Origin: Candidatus Cloacimonadales bacterium
GTDB lineage: Bacteria > Cloacimonadota > Cloacimonadia > Cloacimonadales > JAFGVF01
Direction of reading: 5' to 3'
Assembly: GCA_963678315.1 (NCBI GenBank)
Contig: OY782781.1
Span: 1,248,001 to 1,312,000, forward strand
Length of the DNA stretch: 64,000 bases
Part shown: piece after piece, positions 28,665 through 38,995 of the stretch
How the letters are laid out: each line of letters begins with the position of its first letter
How positions within the stretch are numbered: the first letter of the stretch is position 1
The notes under the pieces: model-generated
What the model was told of the DNA's origin: nothing
Seen by the model: only the letters and a program-made list of their open reading frames with translations
Databases searched by the model: none
Made by a program: the position numbers and the translations under genes

Positions 28665-28741
28665 TGGTATCCCCGATGCGATTTGAACGCACGGCCTTTT
28701 GTTCCGGAGACAAACGCTCTATCCAACTGAGCTACGGGGAC
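28665..28741 (-). tRNA. tRNA-Arg(CCG)
   Basis: Reverse complement GTCCCCGTAGCTCAGTTGGATAGAGCGTTTGTCTCCGGAACAAAAGGCCGTGCGTTCAAATCGCATCGGGGATACCA; anticodon loop CT CCG GA. Confidence 0.95.
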
Positions 28742-28874
28742 ACACTGAAATCATTCATACAATTTGAAGAATTTATGTCAAGCAAACTTCCGAGCTTGAA
28801 ATTTGCTTTTGCATAAGTAGAATTATTAATTAGATTATGAATAGTTTGAGTTATTATAAGAATAGGAGGAATTT

Positions 28875-30353
28875 ATGCCTAAAATCACTATAATTGGAGC
28901 TGGTCCTGGTGGCTTAACTAGTGCAATATTACTTCAACATCGAGGATTTGATGTAACAATTTATGAAAAGGATTCTATTCCAGGGGGACGAAATCAAGCA
29001 ATCCAGCTGGGTGATTATACTTTTGATACCGGTCCTACTTTCCTAATGATGAAATTCTTTTTAGAAGAGATCTTTCAGGAAACAGGTAGAGACATAGAAG
29101 ACTATTTAAAATTCTATGATTTAAATCCACTATACAGGTTGGTTTTTAAAGATAAAGAAATGCAACATTATCGTGAAGCAGAAAAGATGAAAGCAGAGAT
29201 AGAAAACTTGTTTCCTGGAGAATCTTCAGGTTATGATAAATTAATGGATTATGAATCTAGGAGATACCAAAGGTTATATCCTTGTTTAAAGAAAGATTAT
29301 TCCTATGCTAAGCGAATGGTCGAATCGGATTTACTTCATGCATTGCCGTATCTTCAACTTACAAAAACTATGTTTGGAGCATTAGGCTCATATTTTGATT
29401 CAGATGATTTGAAGATAGCATTCACTTTCCAGGCTAAATATTTAGGAATGTCACCGTGGAACTGTCCAGCTCTCTTCACAATGGTTCCCTATATTGAGCA
29501 TGAATATGGGATTTATCATGTTGAAGGAGGATTGAATAAAATCTCTTCTGCTATGGCAAAAGTGTTCGAAGAAGATGGGGGAGTCATTCATTACAATACT
29601 AAGGTGGCGAAACTTGTTACTGATGGTAAAAAGACAAAGGGGGTAGAATTAGAAAATGGTGAAATTATTGAAAGTGACGTTGTTATAATTAATTCTGATT
29701 TTGCTCATACATTCTCAAATATCTACAAACAATCCAAGAAGTATTCTCCTAAAAAATTGAAGGGGATGAAGTATTCTTGTTCTACATTTATGATGTATTT
29801 AGGCATTGATAAAATTTATGATATTCCTCATCATAATGTCTATTTTGCTGATGATTATAAGGCTAACATAGATGATATTACAGAATACAAAAGACTTGGG
29901 GAAGATTTTTCATTCTATGTGCAGAATGCTTCGATTACAGATGATACACTAGCTCCTCAGGGGCATTCTACAATCTATGTCCTCGTTCCTATTGCTAACA
30001 ATAAAAGTGGAATTAAGTGGGATGAGATTAAAGAGAAATATAGAAATGAAGTATTGGATAAGCTCAAGAATAGAGCTGGCTTAGAAGATATTGAAGACCA
30101 TATAGTCGAAGAGAAGCTAATAACGCCATTGGATTGGGAAAGAAATTATAATGTACACTTTGGAGCTACCTTTAATCTTGGGCACAATGTTTCACAAATG
30201 CTATATTTTAGACCTCATAATAAGTTCTCTGATCTAGATAACTGTTATCTAGTGGGAGGAGGAACACATCCAGGAAGCGGATTGCCTACTATCTATGAGT
30301 CTGGTAGAATTTCTGCTAGGTTGATATGTGAACAATATAGCAAGAAATACTGA
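28875..30353 (+). CDS. crtI: Phytoene desaturase family (CrtI/CrtN-like) FAD oxidoreductase
   Basis: IIGAGPGGL, FDTGPTFL, LAPQGHSTIYVLVP, YFRPHN, LVGGGTHPGSGLPTI. Confidence 0.85.
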   Translation: MPKITIIGAGPGGLTSAILLQHRGFDVTIYEKDSIPGGRNQAIQLGDYTFDTGPTFLMMKFFLEEIFQETGRDIEDYLKFYDLNPLYRLVFKDKEMQHYREAEKMKAEIENLFPGESSGYDKLMDYESRRYQRLYPCLKKDYSYAKRMVESDLLHALPYLQLTKTMFGALGSYFDSDDLKIAFTFQAKYLGMSPWNCPALFTMVPYIEHEYGIYHVEGGLNKISSAMAKVFEEDGGVIHYNTKVAKLVTDGKKTKGVELENGEIIESDVVIINSDFAHTFSNIYKQSKKYSPKKLKGMKYSCSTFMMYLGIDKIYDIPHHNVYFADDYKANIDDITEYKRLGEDFSFYVQNASITDDTLAPQGHSTIYVLVPIANNKSGIKWDEIKEKYRNEVLDKLKNRAGLEDIEDHIVEEKLITPLDWERNYNVHFGATFNLGHNVSQMLYFRPHNKFSDLDNCYLVGGGTHPGSGLPTIYESGRISARLICEQYSKKY

Positions 30354-30622
30354 TATTTAGGTAAGATTTAAAAAAACAGAGGATACGTATGGGGGTACGT
30401 GTCAAATTTTAGGCTAGAAAACTGTGTTGTAGAAGAAGGTTGAAAAGACTAAGTTTTTTAGTTCAAGATTTTTCTCATTTAGTGTTTATTAAATAACGTC
30501 CTTTTCAAATTCCTACTTGTTAAAATCCCTTGACTTTTTTAATAAAGTATGTTTTTTAGATAAAATGCAAAATTATGGGTAAAATCATGTAGAAGATGAT
30601 GAATATAAAGGATAAGAAACTA

Positions 30623-31678
30623 ATGAGGATAGTACATATTGTTGGAGCAAGACCGCAGTTTATAAAGCTTGCCCCGCTTTATAAAGAAATTAAGAAAGCT
30701 CAGTTAGAGCAGATAATAATACATACTGGTCAACATTATGATGATAAAATGTCTAAAGTCTTTTTTGAAGATTTGAAGATAGCTAAGGCTGATGTGAATC
30801 TATCCATTAATGGTGGTTCTCATGCTTATCAAACAGCAGAAATGATGAAAGGTATTGAGAAGGTTTTACTAGAAAATGAGAATATTATTGTTGTTATATA
30901 TGGCGATACGAACTCTACACTAGCAGGAGCAGTTACTGCTGCCAAACTAAACTTACCTATTGTTCATGTAGAAGCTGGATTAAGATCTAATAATCGTGAG
31001 ATGCCGGAAGAAGTTAATAGGATTCTTGCAGATAGGATATCTAATTATTTATTCGCTCCAACTCAAACAGCAGTTGATAATTTGAAGGAAGAAGGTTTGA
31101 CTCATATTACCTATTTTACTGGTGATATCATGACAGATTCTATTAATCAAAACATTATAATTGCTGAAGAAAAGTCTAATATTCTCCAAGACTTAAAGTT
31201 AAACTCTAAAGATTATTATTTATTAACTCTGCACAGACCTTACAATGTTGATAATCCAAAAAAGTTAAATTCTATAATAGAAAAGCTTAATGGGCTTGAT
31301 AAAAAGGTAATTTTCCCAATTCATCCACGAACTAGAAAGATTCTAGATAATAACAAGCTTAACAACTTAGATAATATCTTCTTGATAGAACCATTGGGAT
31401 ATTTAGATTTTCTAGTAATGGAAAAGAATGCTTGTAAGATTATTACAGATTCTGGTGGTATTCAAAAGGAAGCTTGCTTACTAAAAAGACCTTGTATTAC
31501 TTTGAGAACAGAAACAGAGTGGGTCGAGACAGTAGATGCCGGAGTTAATATGCTAGTGACTGAAATAAAAGAAACATTAGTTTCTGAAATAATAAAATTT
31601 AATCCAACATTTGAAAACAAGAACATTTTTGGTAAAGATGTGAGTAAGAAAATGGTCGAAATTATAAAAGGAATTTAG
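30623..31678 (+). CDS. wecB: UDP-N-acetylglucosamine 2-epimerase (non-hydrolysing)
   Basis: VGARPQFIK, HTGQHYD, GDTNSTL, HVEAGLRS, MPEE, TDSGGIQKEA; alternative start 30596. Confidence 0.92.
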   Translation: MRIVHIVGARPQFIKLAPLYKEIKKAQLEQIIIHTGQHYDDKMSKVFFEDLKIAKADVNLSINGGSHAYQTAEMMKGIEKVLLENENIIVVIYGDTNSTLAGAVTAAKLNLPIVHVEAGLRSNNREMPEEVNRILADRISNYLFAPTQTAVDNLKEEGLTHITYFTGDIMTDSINQNIIIAEEKSNILQDLKLNSKDYYLLTLHRPYNVDNPKKLNSIIEKLNGLDKKVIFPIHPRTRKILDNNKLNNLDNIFLIEPLGYLDFLVMEKNACKIITDSGGIQKEACLLKRPCITLRTETEWVETVDAGVNMLVTEIKETLVSEIIKFNPTFENKNIFGKDVSKKMVEIIKGI

Positions 31679-32860
31679 ATGGAACATAAAAGTCTTATAG
31701 ATTACATTGTTTTTATTATTAGAGGAAGGAAGTTTATAATTGCATTCACTTTTATCTTAGCAGTTATAGCAATAGTCTATTCTCTTGTTACACCAGTGTT
31801 TTGGAAGTCATCAACTAAATTCAAGGCTAAGTCATCAAGTAGTGCTTTGAATTTGGATATGTTAGGCAATTTATCTTCAATGATTCCTAGCGGTATAGGA
31901 GATATGTTTGGAGCTGGGAGCGAGTCTCAACAAGATATGCTAAATTACTTAAATTCAAGAAGTTTTTCTGAGCAAGTAATTAAAGAATTTGATCTTATCT
32001 CTTACTTCGAAATTGAGGAAGCTGATTCTTTAGAGGCTATTGACAAAGCTCTCTATAATTTCGGTGACCTAGTTAGCGTTGGAGTTGACCAAAATTCACA
32101 GCTTATATTTATTTCTGCAGAGACAAAAGACAAGCTTCTATCAAAGAACATCTGTACATTCATGAGAGAAGAAATGGTAGAGTTCATTTCTGAAAAGAAA
32201 AAGAAGGAATCAGAAAAAGAGTATTTATTCTTGCAAGGAAGAATGGCAGAATATGAGCAGCAGGCAAGTATTATATCTGATCAACTTTTAGAGTTTCAAA
32301 GAAAGAACAAGATCATTTCATTAGAACCTCAAATACAACAATTGATTGTTTCTTATAGTGATATGGTAGCTAAGAAAATATTACTTGATACTCAAAAAGA
32401 TCAATTAGTAAATTTGTATGGAGCAGATAATCCAACAGTTAGACTACTCATTGATCAAAGCAACTTATTAGACAAAAAGATTACAGAGTTTGAAACAAAA
32501 GATGGTTTAAGTGACAGTGAATACCTCATTGGTTTAAGCTCCTTACCTGAAATCTCAGTTGAATACGCAAATATTTACATTCAATCACAAATACTGGAAA
32601 AAGTTATAACAACTTTCTACCCACTCTTAGAGTCTGCTAAATTTTCTTACCTAAAGGATGCAGAACTAATTGAAGTTATTGATTATGAAAGAATTTCTGG
32701 AATGAAATCAAAACCTAAGAGAGCTATAATAGTTATTGTCGTAACCTTCTTAAGTTGTGTCTTTTCTGTAATTTTATCTATTGTTTGGTATTCTCAAGAT
32801 GAGAAAAATAGACAGAACTTGCTCTGTGAAGTTAAAAAGATTTGGAAGAAGAAATGTTAG
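31679..32860 (+). CDS. Polysaccharide co-polymerase (Wzz/GumC-like)
   Basis: Two terminal TMs flanking a coiled coil; SKPKRAII proline motif. Confidence 0.8.
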   Translation: MEHKSLIDYIVFIIRGRKFIIAFTFILAVIAIVYSLVTPVFWKSSTKFKAKSSSSALNLDMLGNLSSMIPSGIGDMFGAGSESQQDMLNYLNSRSFSEQVIKEFDLISYFEIEEADSLEAIDKALYNFGDLVSVGVDQNSQLIFISAETKDKLLSKNICTFMREEMVEFISEKKKKESEKEYLFLQGRMAEYEQQASIISDQLLEFQRKNKIISLEPQIQQLIVSYSDMVAKKILLDTQKDQLVNLYGADNPTVRLLIDQSNLLDKKITEFETKDGLSDSEYLIGLSSLPEISVEYANIYIQSQILEKVITTFYPLLESAKFSYLKDAELIEVIDYERISGMKSKPKRAIIVIVVTFLSCVFSVILSIVWYSQDEKNRQNLLCEVKKIWKKKC

Positions 32861-33984
32861 AATTAATACTTGATATAAATGATATTATTAAGAAATGTAT
32901 AAAGCACAAATGGCTAATTATTGGTTTCTTTTTATCTTCTTTCACAGTAGGTATCTTATTCTTGATTTTCGGAACAGAGTTATGGACTTCTTCAGCAACT
33001 ATTAAAACTTTTAAAACAGAGACTTTCACAGTTCCTAACAGTGAAACTATATCTTTAAATCTAGATTATTTCCAACTTGATATACTCAATCCTGAGAGGG
33101 AGAATTTACACAGTAGTAAGCTTGTTGATTCAAAGAGATTTGCCTATAAAACTATGGAAAAATTTGATTTAGTAAACTACTTCGAAATTGAAGAAGAGGA
33201 TAGTTTAAAAACTAGAGATTTATGCTTGAAGAAATACTATGAAGATGTATTGACTGCTTCTTATGATGAAGAATCAGAATTAGTGATTATTAGAGCAAAG
33301 ACTAAGGATAGGCAACTTTCCAAAGATATTGTCGATTTCCAAATTGCTGAGCTTAGAAATTACTATTTAAATAATTTCTTCAATTATAAGAGTGAATTAC
33401 TAGATTTCCTTAATGCTAGATTGACTTCTATTGAGTTAAAAAGAAGTCTCTTGCTAACTGAATTAAAGAAAGATGAATACACAAAGAACTCAAACTTTTT
33501 ACAAGAGAAAGTAACTAGTAAGTTAGAACTATATTATAGCCTTTTGCAAAAGAAGATAACTAACGAGATTCAGATAGATATTGCAAAAAAGATGTATGGT
33601 GAGTTAAATCCTGCAACTGAAGAGTTGATAGTTAAAAATCAAGCTATTGATTCTAAACTTAAGGATTTAGAAGAAAAGAGAATGGGGCTTATTTCTGGTT
33701 TTAATGATATACCCAAGAATGCAATTGAACATAAAAAACTAGAGTTTGAACTATCAATCTATGATGATTTATATGGATATGTGAAGAAAACTATTGAGGC
33801 AACTAATATTGATAAATTAAGAGAACAAAAGGTTTTAGAAATAGTTGATGATTCTTATTTAGCAGGTATTAGGACCTCTCCTGATACAAAGATTGTTTTA
33901 AGCCTTTGCCTTATTATTTCTTTGACCCTATCATTCTTGAGCATTGTCTTTATTGAAGATGTTCTACCTAGATTGGAGAAATAA
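32854..33984 (+). CDS. Second polysaccharide co-polymerase-like paralog
   Basis: Same two-TM architecture; FDLVNYFEIEEEDSL matches FDLISYFEIEEADSL in the previous gene. Confidence 0.7.
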   Translation: MLELILDINDIIKKCIKHKWLIIGFFLSSFTVGILFLIFGTELWTSSATIKTFKTETFTVPNSETISLNLDYFQLDILNPERENLHSSKLVDSKRFAYKTMEKFDLVNYFEIEEEDSLKTRDLCLKKYYEDVLTASYDEESELVIIRAKTKDRQLSKDIVDFQIAELRNYYLNNFFNYKSELLDFLNARLTSIELKRSLLLTELKKDEYTKNSNFLQEKVTSKLELYYSLLQKKITNEIQIDIAKKMYGELNPATEELIVKNQAIDSKLKDLEEKRMGLISGFNDIPKNAIEHKKLEFELSIYDDLYGYVKKTIEATNIDKLREQKVLEIVDDSYLAGIRTSPDTKIVLSLCLIISLTLSFLSIVFIEDVLPRLEK

Positions 33985-33989
33985 CAGTA

Positions 33990-35408
33990 ATGTCGTCAAT
34001 GGTTAAATCAAGTCTATGGATATTCTTCTGCTCTTTTTTTATAAGGATATTTAGTTTTATCTCGAATCCCATAATGGCTAGGAATTATCCTAAAGCAGAT
34101 ATAGCCGAGTTTCGTTCTTTACAAGCTTTGATATTATTAGTCTTTACTTTAATTCCAATAGGTTCAAACCTTCTCTATTTAGCTGAGAAGAAAGAGTTTA
34201 GAAGCAAATACTGGAATCAGTTTATCTCATTTTCAGTTATAGGTTCTGTAATTTCTATAATAGTGCTATTGTTTATTTCAGGGGGAATGTATCAGAAAGT
34301 CCCCATGCTGAATCTGATAGTCATATTAATTCCGCTTACATTAATATTAAAAAATATATATACCACTAAACTTACTGAGAAGATTGATTTTAAGAAGATT
34401 TCCTTAGCACAAATGATTCATCATACCCTTAATAATATACTTATAATAGTTGGTGCCTACACTTTAAAATCTATTGAAATATTAATAGCATCACTTATCT
34501 TTACAGAGATCTTAGAGATAGTAGTTTTAGCTGTTTATACAAAGAAATACACGGTAAAACTGAATAATAACAAGCTAATTATATTTGATAGGAAGACTCA
34601 GAATTTTACTTTTTTTGTAGGATTAAGTACTATTATTGTTAACTTTGCTTTGCAACTACCAACCATTTTAGCAGTAAACTTAATGGGGAGTGAGCTAGCT
34701 GTAGAATTTCAAATGCCTCTTATCTTAATAGGTGTTCCTGTTGTAATGATAGTACAAGCAGTTAGTAAAGTATTTTTACCGCTATTCTCAAATAATCCAG
34801 AGAATGAATTTATTCAGCAAAAAATTTTTATTACCCAATATATCTACTGGTTTGTTGGCTTCTCAATAATGTACTTTGTTTGGTGGTTTGCTAAAGACAT
34901 TACTTATTTAGTGATTAACCCTGAGTGGAAGAACTCAATATTAGCCTTAAAATTCTTCTCAATATTTATGTTTATTAATATACTTCAAAACTCTTTATCT
35001 CAAATAGCGCTGATTAAGAATAAACCTAGCGTTCAGTTTTATTACTCTATTTTTCTTTTGATAGGAAGAATTATCTCATTATATATAGGCTTCAAACACT
35101 ATGGGTTTTACGGTTCAGTTATAGCCTTCACTATTACTGATTCAGTAGTTAGATTAGCTAGATTAATAATAGACCTTCATCTTATAGATGTTAAATTAGT
35201 TGACTACTTAAGATATGTTAAGATCCCAATCTTATATTGCATAACATTGATCAGCTTATCGTATCTTCTAGCTAGCATAAATATCAAGGAATATATGTCC
35301 TTTATAATTGCAATCCTTCTTAGTATATTTATTTATGCTTTCATAGATAGAAAGAAATTATCTGAATTATATAAGTCTTTTGTTAAAGGATTTGCTAAAA
35401 ATGGATAA
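33990..35408 (+). CDS. wzx: Wzx-like polysaccharide flippase
   Basis: About 12-14 TM segments, 472 aa, polysaccharide locus context. Confidence 0.75.
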   Translation: MSSMVKSSLWIFFCSFFIRIFSFISNPIMARNYPKADIAEFRSLQALILLVFTLIPIGSNLLYLAEKKEFRSKYWNQFISFSVIGSVISIIVLLFISGGMYQKVPMLNLIVILIPLTLILKNIYTTKLTEKIDFKKISLAQMIHHTLNNILIIVGAYTLKSIEILIASLIFTEILEIVVLAVYTKKYTVKLNNNKLIIFDRKTQNFTFFVGLSTIIVNFALQLPTILAVNLMGSELAVEFQMPLILIGVPVVMIVQAVSKVFLPLFSNNPENEFIQQKIFITQYIYWFVGFSIMYFVWWFAKDITYLVINPEWKNSILALKFFSIFMFINILQNSLSQIALIKNKPSVQFYYSIFLLIGRIISLYIGFKHYGFYGSVIAFTITDSVVRLARLIIDLHLIDVKLVDYLRYVKIPILYCITLISLSYLLASINIKEYMSFIIAILLSIFIYAFIDRKKLSELYKSFVKGFAKNG

Positions 35409-36699
35409 GCTCAAAATATCTACATATACTCATCTTTTTTTGCTATCAACAGGGATAACCTTTATTGCTTGTTTATATCCGATAACTATGTTCTTCTCCT
35501 TAATTGTTATGCTTGTTTCAGCTTTCGTTGTTAAAGGGAAGTTCAAGAGTATCTTTTTAATATATCAGATAACACCATTAATTAATACTTTTTGGATGTA
35601 TTATGCTAAGACTTCAGGGTCAATAAATCGGTATTTCTTAGTATATTTAGTAATCTTATTTTTCATATTAGCTTATGCTGTGATACATAAGAAAATAAAG
35701 CTATTTTTAGGTCGATTTGAGCTATTCTCAATAGTGTTTTTTAGTTACTTAGTTATATCTACTCTTCTTTTCTCAGAATACAAAGATTATGGTTTTGAGA
35801 AGCTAACTTATCTAATGTTTACATGTTATGGCTCATTGATAGTTTATGTCTTTTATAATAGCAAGAAATCTATGGATTATCTTTTGGCCAGTGTTTCAAT
35901 CTTTGCTTTTATTATAACAATAATAGCAATCGTAACACCACTTGACTATCACTTAATTTTTGGTGAATATTTTGAGAAAAGACTAACTACCTTTAAACTT
36001 AATCCAATCTGGATTGCAAGGTATCTTTCCTATGGATTAATAGCAAACATTTACTTGATTATCAAATATAGAAATAAAATTATTCCTATTGTTGTTCTAT
36101 CAATATTATCTGTTTTTGAAGTAATATATTTCTTTAGAGCTGATTCACGAGCGCCAACAATAGCATTGTTAATGGGTATTATGCTATTTGTCTTTTTTCG
36201 ATATAGAAAAAATAAAATAGTTTTGTATTCACTAATTGTTTCTATCTTGGCAATGAGTATTTTTGTCTATCTGAACTTACAATCTTTATCTTCAACAAGG
36301 CTTACTGGTGGAGGAACAGCTAACTCTAGTTCTTATCAAAGAATAATAGCTCAATACCAAGCCTATGAATTATTAAAAGAAAACTATATTTTTGGAGGGG
36401 GGTTTGGCTCTTTTGCTAAATTCTATTTAGAATATCCTCATAATATCTTTTCTGAAATAACAAGTGAAACTGGTTTGATTGGACTAGTTTTATTGCTTAC
36501 AATGTTAGTTACTTCAGCATCAAATGCACTCAAACTTTTAAAGAAGTCAGAGGACTTAATAACAATCACTATGTTGGTACTTCTTGTTATGTCCTTTATA
36601 AATGTCAACTTTAGTGGTCATGTAGGGATAAATCCATATTTTTGGATATTCCTCTCTGCGGTAAACATCTTATTCTTAAAATCGAAAGAGGTAAAATGA
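35401..36699 (+). CDS. O-antigen polymerase/ligase family (Wzy/WaaL)
   Basis: Multi-TM; SRAP, GGGFGSF, YPHNIFSEITSETGLIG motifs. Confidence 0.8.
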   Translation: MDKLKISTYTHLFLLSTGITFIACLYPITMFFSLIVMLVSAFVVKGKFKSIFLIYQITPLINTFWMYYAKTSGSINRYFLVYLVILFFILAYAVIHKKIKLFLGRFELFSIVFFSYLVISTLLFSEYKDYGFEKLTYLMFTCYGSLIVYVFYNSKKSMDYLLASVSIFAFIITIIAIVTPLDYHLIFGEYFEKRLTTFKLNPIWIARYLSYGLIANIYLIIKYRNKIIPIVVLSILSVFEVIYFFRADSRAPTIALLMGIMLFVFFRYRKNKIVLYSLIVSILAMSIFVYLNLQSLSSTRLTGGGTANSSSYQRIIAQYQAYELLKENYIFGGGFGSFAKFYLEYPHNIFSEITSETGLIGLVLLLTMLVTSASNALKLLKKSEDLITITMLVLLVMSFINVNFSGHVGINPYFWIFLSAVNILFLKSKEVK

Positions 36700-37985
36700 A
36701 GAAAATTCTCTATATAGTATATTATTTTCCACCTTACCAAATTACGGACTCATTTAGAGCTACTAGAGTTGCCAAATTCCTTCCTGATAATGGAATCAAA
36801 CCTATAGTCTTAACTGGCTATGAAGGAAAACATCATTGGCAAGAAAAGACTTTAGATGAACTTCCTCCTGAAGTAGAAATACATAGAGTATCTAATCCTA
36901 TAAGTTATAAAAGAAAGAATAGTGTAAATCTGTATAAAGAAACAAGCAAACTTCAGAAGTTTAAGAATAGACTTATCATGACCCTAAAGGATATTGTGAT
37001 ATCTCCTGATTCATATATAATATGGACACTAAAGATTATACCAACAGCAATAAAGCTTATTAAAAAGCATAAAATAGACCATGTCATGATTTGCATAGGA
37101 CCTTATTCTCCAGCTTTAGCAGGATATATTCTAAAGAAATTAACAGGCGTAACTTATACATTAGATTACCGAGATGAGTGGCGTAAAAATTATAAAGGTA
37201 CTTCAGAGCTTTTTGAAAGACAGGTAAAACCTGAATCTCTTCCAAGAAGGTTCTGGAATAACTTTTGGGAAAAGAGATGTGTTGAGAATGCTAAGAATGT
37301 ATTTACTGTGTCTAAGCACATGACTGATGTTATCAAGAAGTTCTATCCCAAGCAGAAAAGAGCTTTTGCTTGTTATAATGGTTTTGTCAAAAGTGAATAT
37401 AGTCATTTAGATAGCAGTCCTAAGCCTACTACTGATATTCTCCAATTCTATTATATTGGTCATTTTGATGTAGATTCTTTATCTTACAATCCTATAAAAT
37501 TCCTGTCTGGCTATAAATCCTTTTTAAAAAATTCAGAATATAAGGCTCAGTTGCATTTATTTGGTGATATGAATGAACAAACTAAAGCTTTAATTACTAA
37601 ACTTGCACTAGATAATGACATAGTAATACATGGTAGATTTGAACATTCTACCTTACTTAAAAAGCTTATGAAAGCTGATTTTTTTGTTCAGTTCTGTTAT
37701 CCTGATTTACATCCTGAAACTCTTTCATTAAAAATGTTTGAATATGTGTTTCTCAATAAACCGATTATTTCTTTCTCTAGTGAAGTAGGGGAGATGGCTA
37801 GCTTTATTAAAGAAACAAGATCTGGCTACACATGTTGGGGATATGATGAAAACTCTATAGAGAAGTTGTTTCATAAGATTATTGAATTCCCTAAAGAAGA
37901 ACTTTTTTCTCCAGAACGTAAAGAAATCATTGAAAAATATAACTTTGAAAAGATTGTTAGCTTTATGGCTAGCAAATTGAAGTAG
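36696..37985 (+). CDS. Glycosyltransferase (GT4-like)
   Basis: ILYIVYYFPP, LDYRDEW, SLKMFEY motifs. Confidence 0.8.
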   Translation: MKKILYIVYYFPPYQITDSFRATRVAKFLPDNGIKPIVLTGYEGKHHWQEKTLDELPPEVEIHRVSNPISYKRKNSVNLYKETSKLQKFKNRLIMTLKDIVISPDSYIIWTLKIIPTAIKLIKKHKIDHVMICIGPYSPALAGYILKKLTGVTYTLDYRDEWRKNYKGTSELFERQVKPESLPRRFWNNFWEKRCVENAKNVFTVSKHMTDVIKKFYPKQKRAFACYNGFVKSEYSHLDSSPKPTTDILQFYYIGHFDVDSLSYNPIKFLSGYKSFLKNSEYKAQLHLFGDMNEQTKALITKLALDNDIVIHGRFEHSTLLKKLMKADFFVQFCYPDLHPETLSLKMFEYVFLNKPIISFSSEVGEMASFIKETRSGYTCWGYDENSIEKLFHKIIEFPKEELFSPERKEIIEKYNFEKIVSFMASKLK

Positions 37986-37993
37986 GAGACGAC

Positions 37994-38992
37994 ATGAATA
38001 TTTTAATAATCCATACTTGGGGAATTGGAGATATGATAATGTTCTCTCCCATATTAAAAGCTATTCAACAAAATATAAGCAATAGCAACATAGACTTTTT
38101 GATTACTTCAAAAGCAGCCTCATTCCCAATAGCTAAGTGTAAGAACATTAATAAAATATACTTTTGTGAGAATTCTATACAATCTTTTGTAAAGAAAGCT
38201 CTTGAACTAAGATCAACTAATTATGACTATATTTATGTTACAACTGGAGTAACTCCTTGGAAATCAGCTTTGTTTCTATCTTTGCTGAGAAGTAAAAACA
38301 AGATTGGTGAGTATAGAGAAAGGAAGTTACCTTTTATTTTTACTAAACAATACAAGTTCCAAAAGACAGAACATAAAATAGTTACCAATAGTCTTCTATT
38401 TTCTGATTTACTTAGCCAAGGAAAGGTTGAAAACAAGCCAGTATTTTGTTTAGATGATTCTGATAGGACTTTTGCTGAAGACTACCTCATAGAAAAAGCA
38501 TTTGATAAATCAAGAAAACTGTTCGGTATCCATCCTGGTTGTAATCAAAAGTATTCTTTTAAACGCTGGCCTCTTGAACACTATATTGAGCTGATTAAAA
38601 AACTACAAAGAAGAGAAGATATAGATATTATTGTCTTTATTGGTCCTGATGAGAAAGATATTGGTGCTAAAATTAATCAAGCGACCGGTGTTCATTGCAC
38701 TAATAACCTGAATATGTTTCAGACAGCATCACTTCTAGAAAAATGTCATTACTTCTTAAATAGTGATTCTGGTCTTGGCCATGTTGCAGCATGTTTTGAT
38801 GTTGAATTGTTTATTATCTTTGGTCCATCTAATGAGAAAGTAAACGCACCAATTTCAGATAAATGTCATATTCTTAGAGGAAAAGTTGCTCCTCCTCCAA
38901 TAAGCGAATACCATAATCTTACCCAACCACCAAAGTGTTTAACTGAGTTTTATCCTGAAGAAGTTTATTCTATTATAGAAAAGTATATATGA
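37994..38992 (+). CDS. Glycosyltransferase family 9 (heptosyltransferase-like)
   Basis: GIGDMIM, HPG...KRWP, SDSGLGHVA, IFGPS. Confidence 0.88.
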   Translation: MNILIIHTWGIGDMIMFSPILKAIQQNISNSNIDFLITSKAASFPIAKCKNINKIYFCENSIQSFVKKALELRSTNYDYIYVTTGVTPWKSALFLSLLRSKNKIGEYRERKLPFIFTKQYKFQKTEHKIVTNSLLFSDLLSQGKVENKPVFCLDDSDRTFAEDYLIEKAFDKSRKLFGIHPGCNQKYSFKRWPLEHYIELIKKLQRREDIDIIVFIGPDEKDIGAKINQATGVHCTNNLNMFQTASLLEKCHYFLNSDSGLGHVAACFDVELFIIFGPSNEKVNAPISDKCHILRGKVAPPPISEYHNLTQPPKCLTEFYPEEVYSIIEKYI

Positions 38993-38995
38993 AGC

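Noticed and set aside
15800..28700. Prophage or integron
   Set aside because: No phage structural genes, integrase or regular attC-like cassette boundaries were seen.
30378..30403. GAGGATACGTATGGGGGTACGT as integrase arm-type sites
   Set aside because: Single short occurrence with no nearby integrase or att core.
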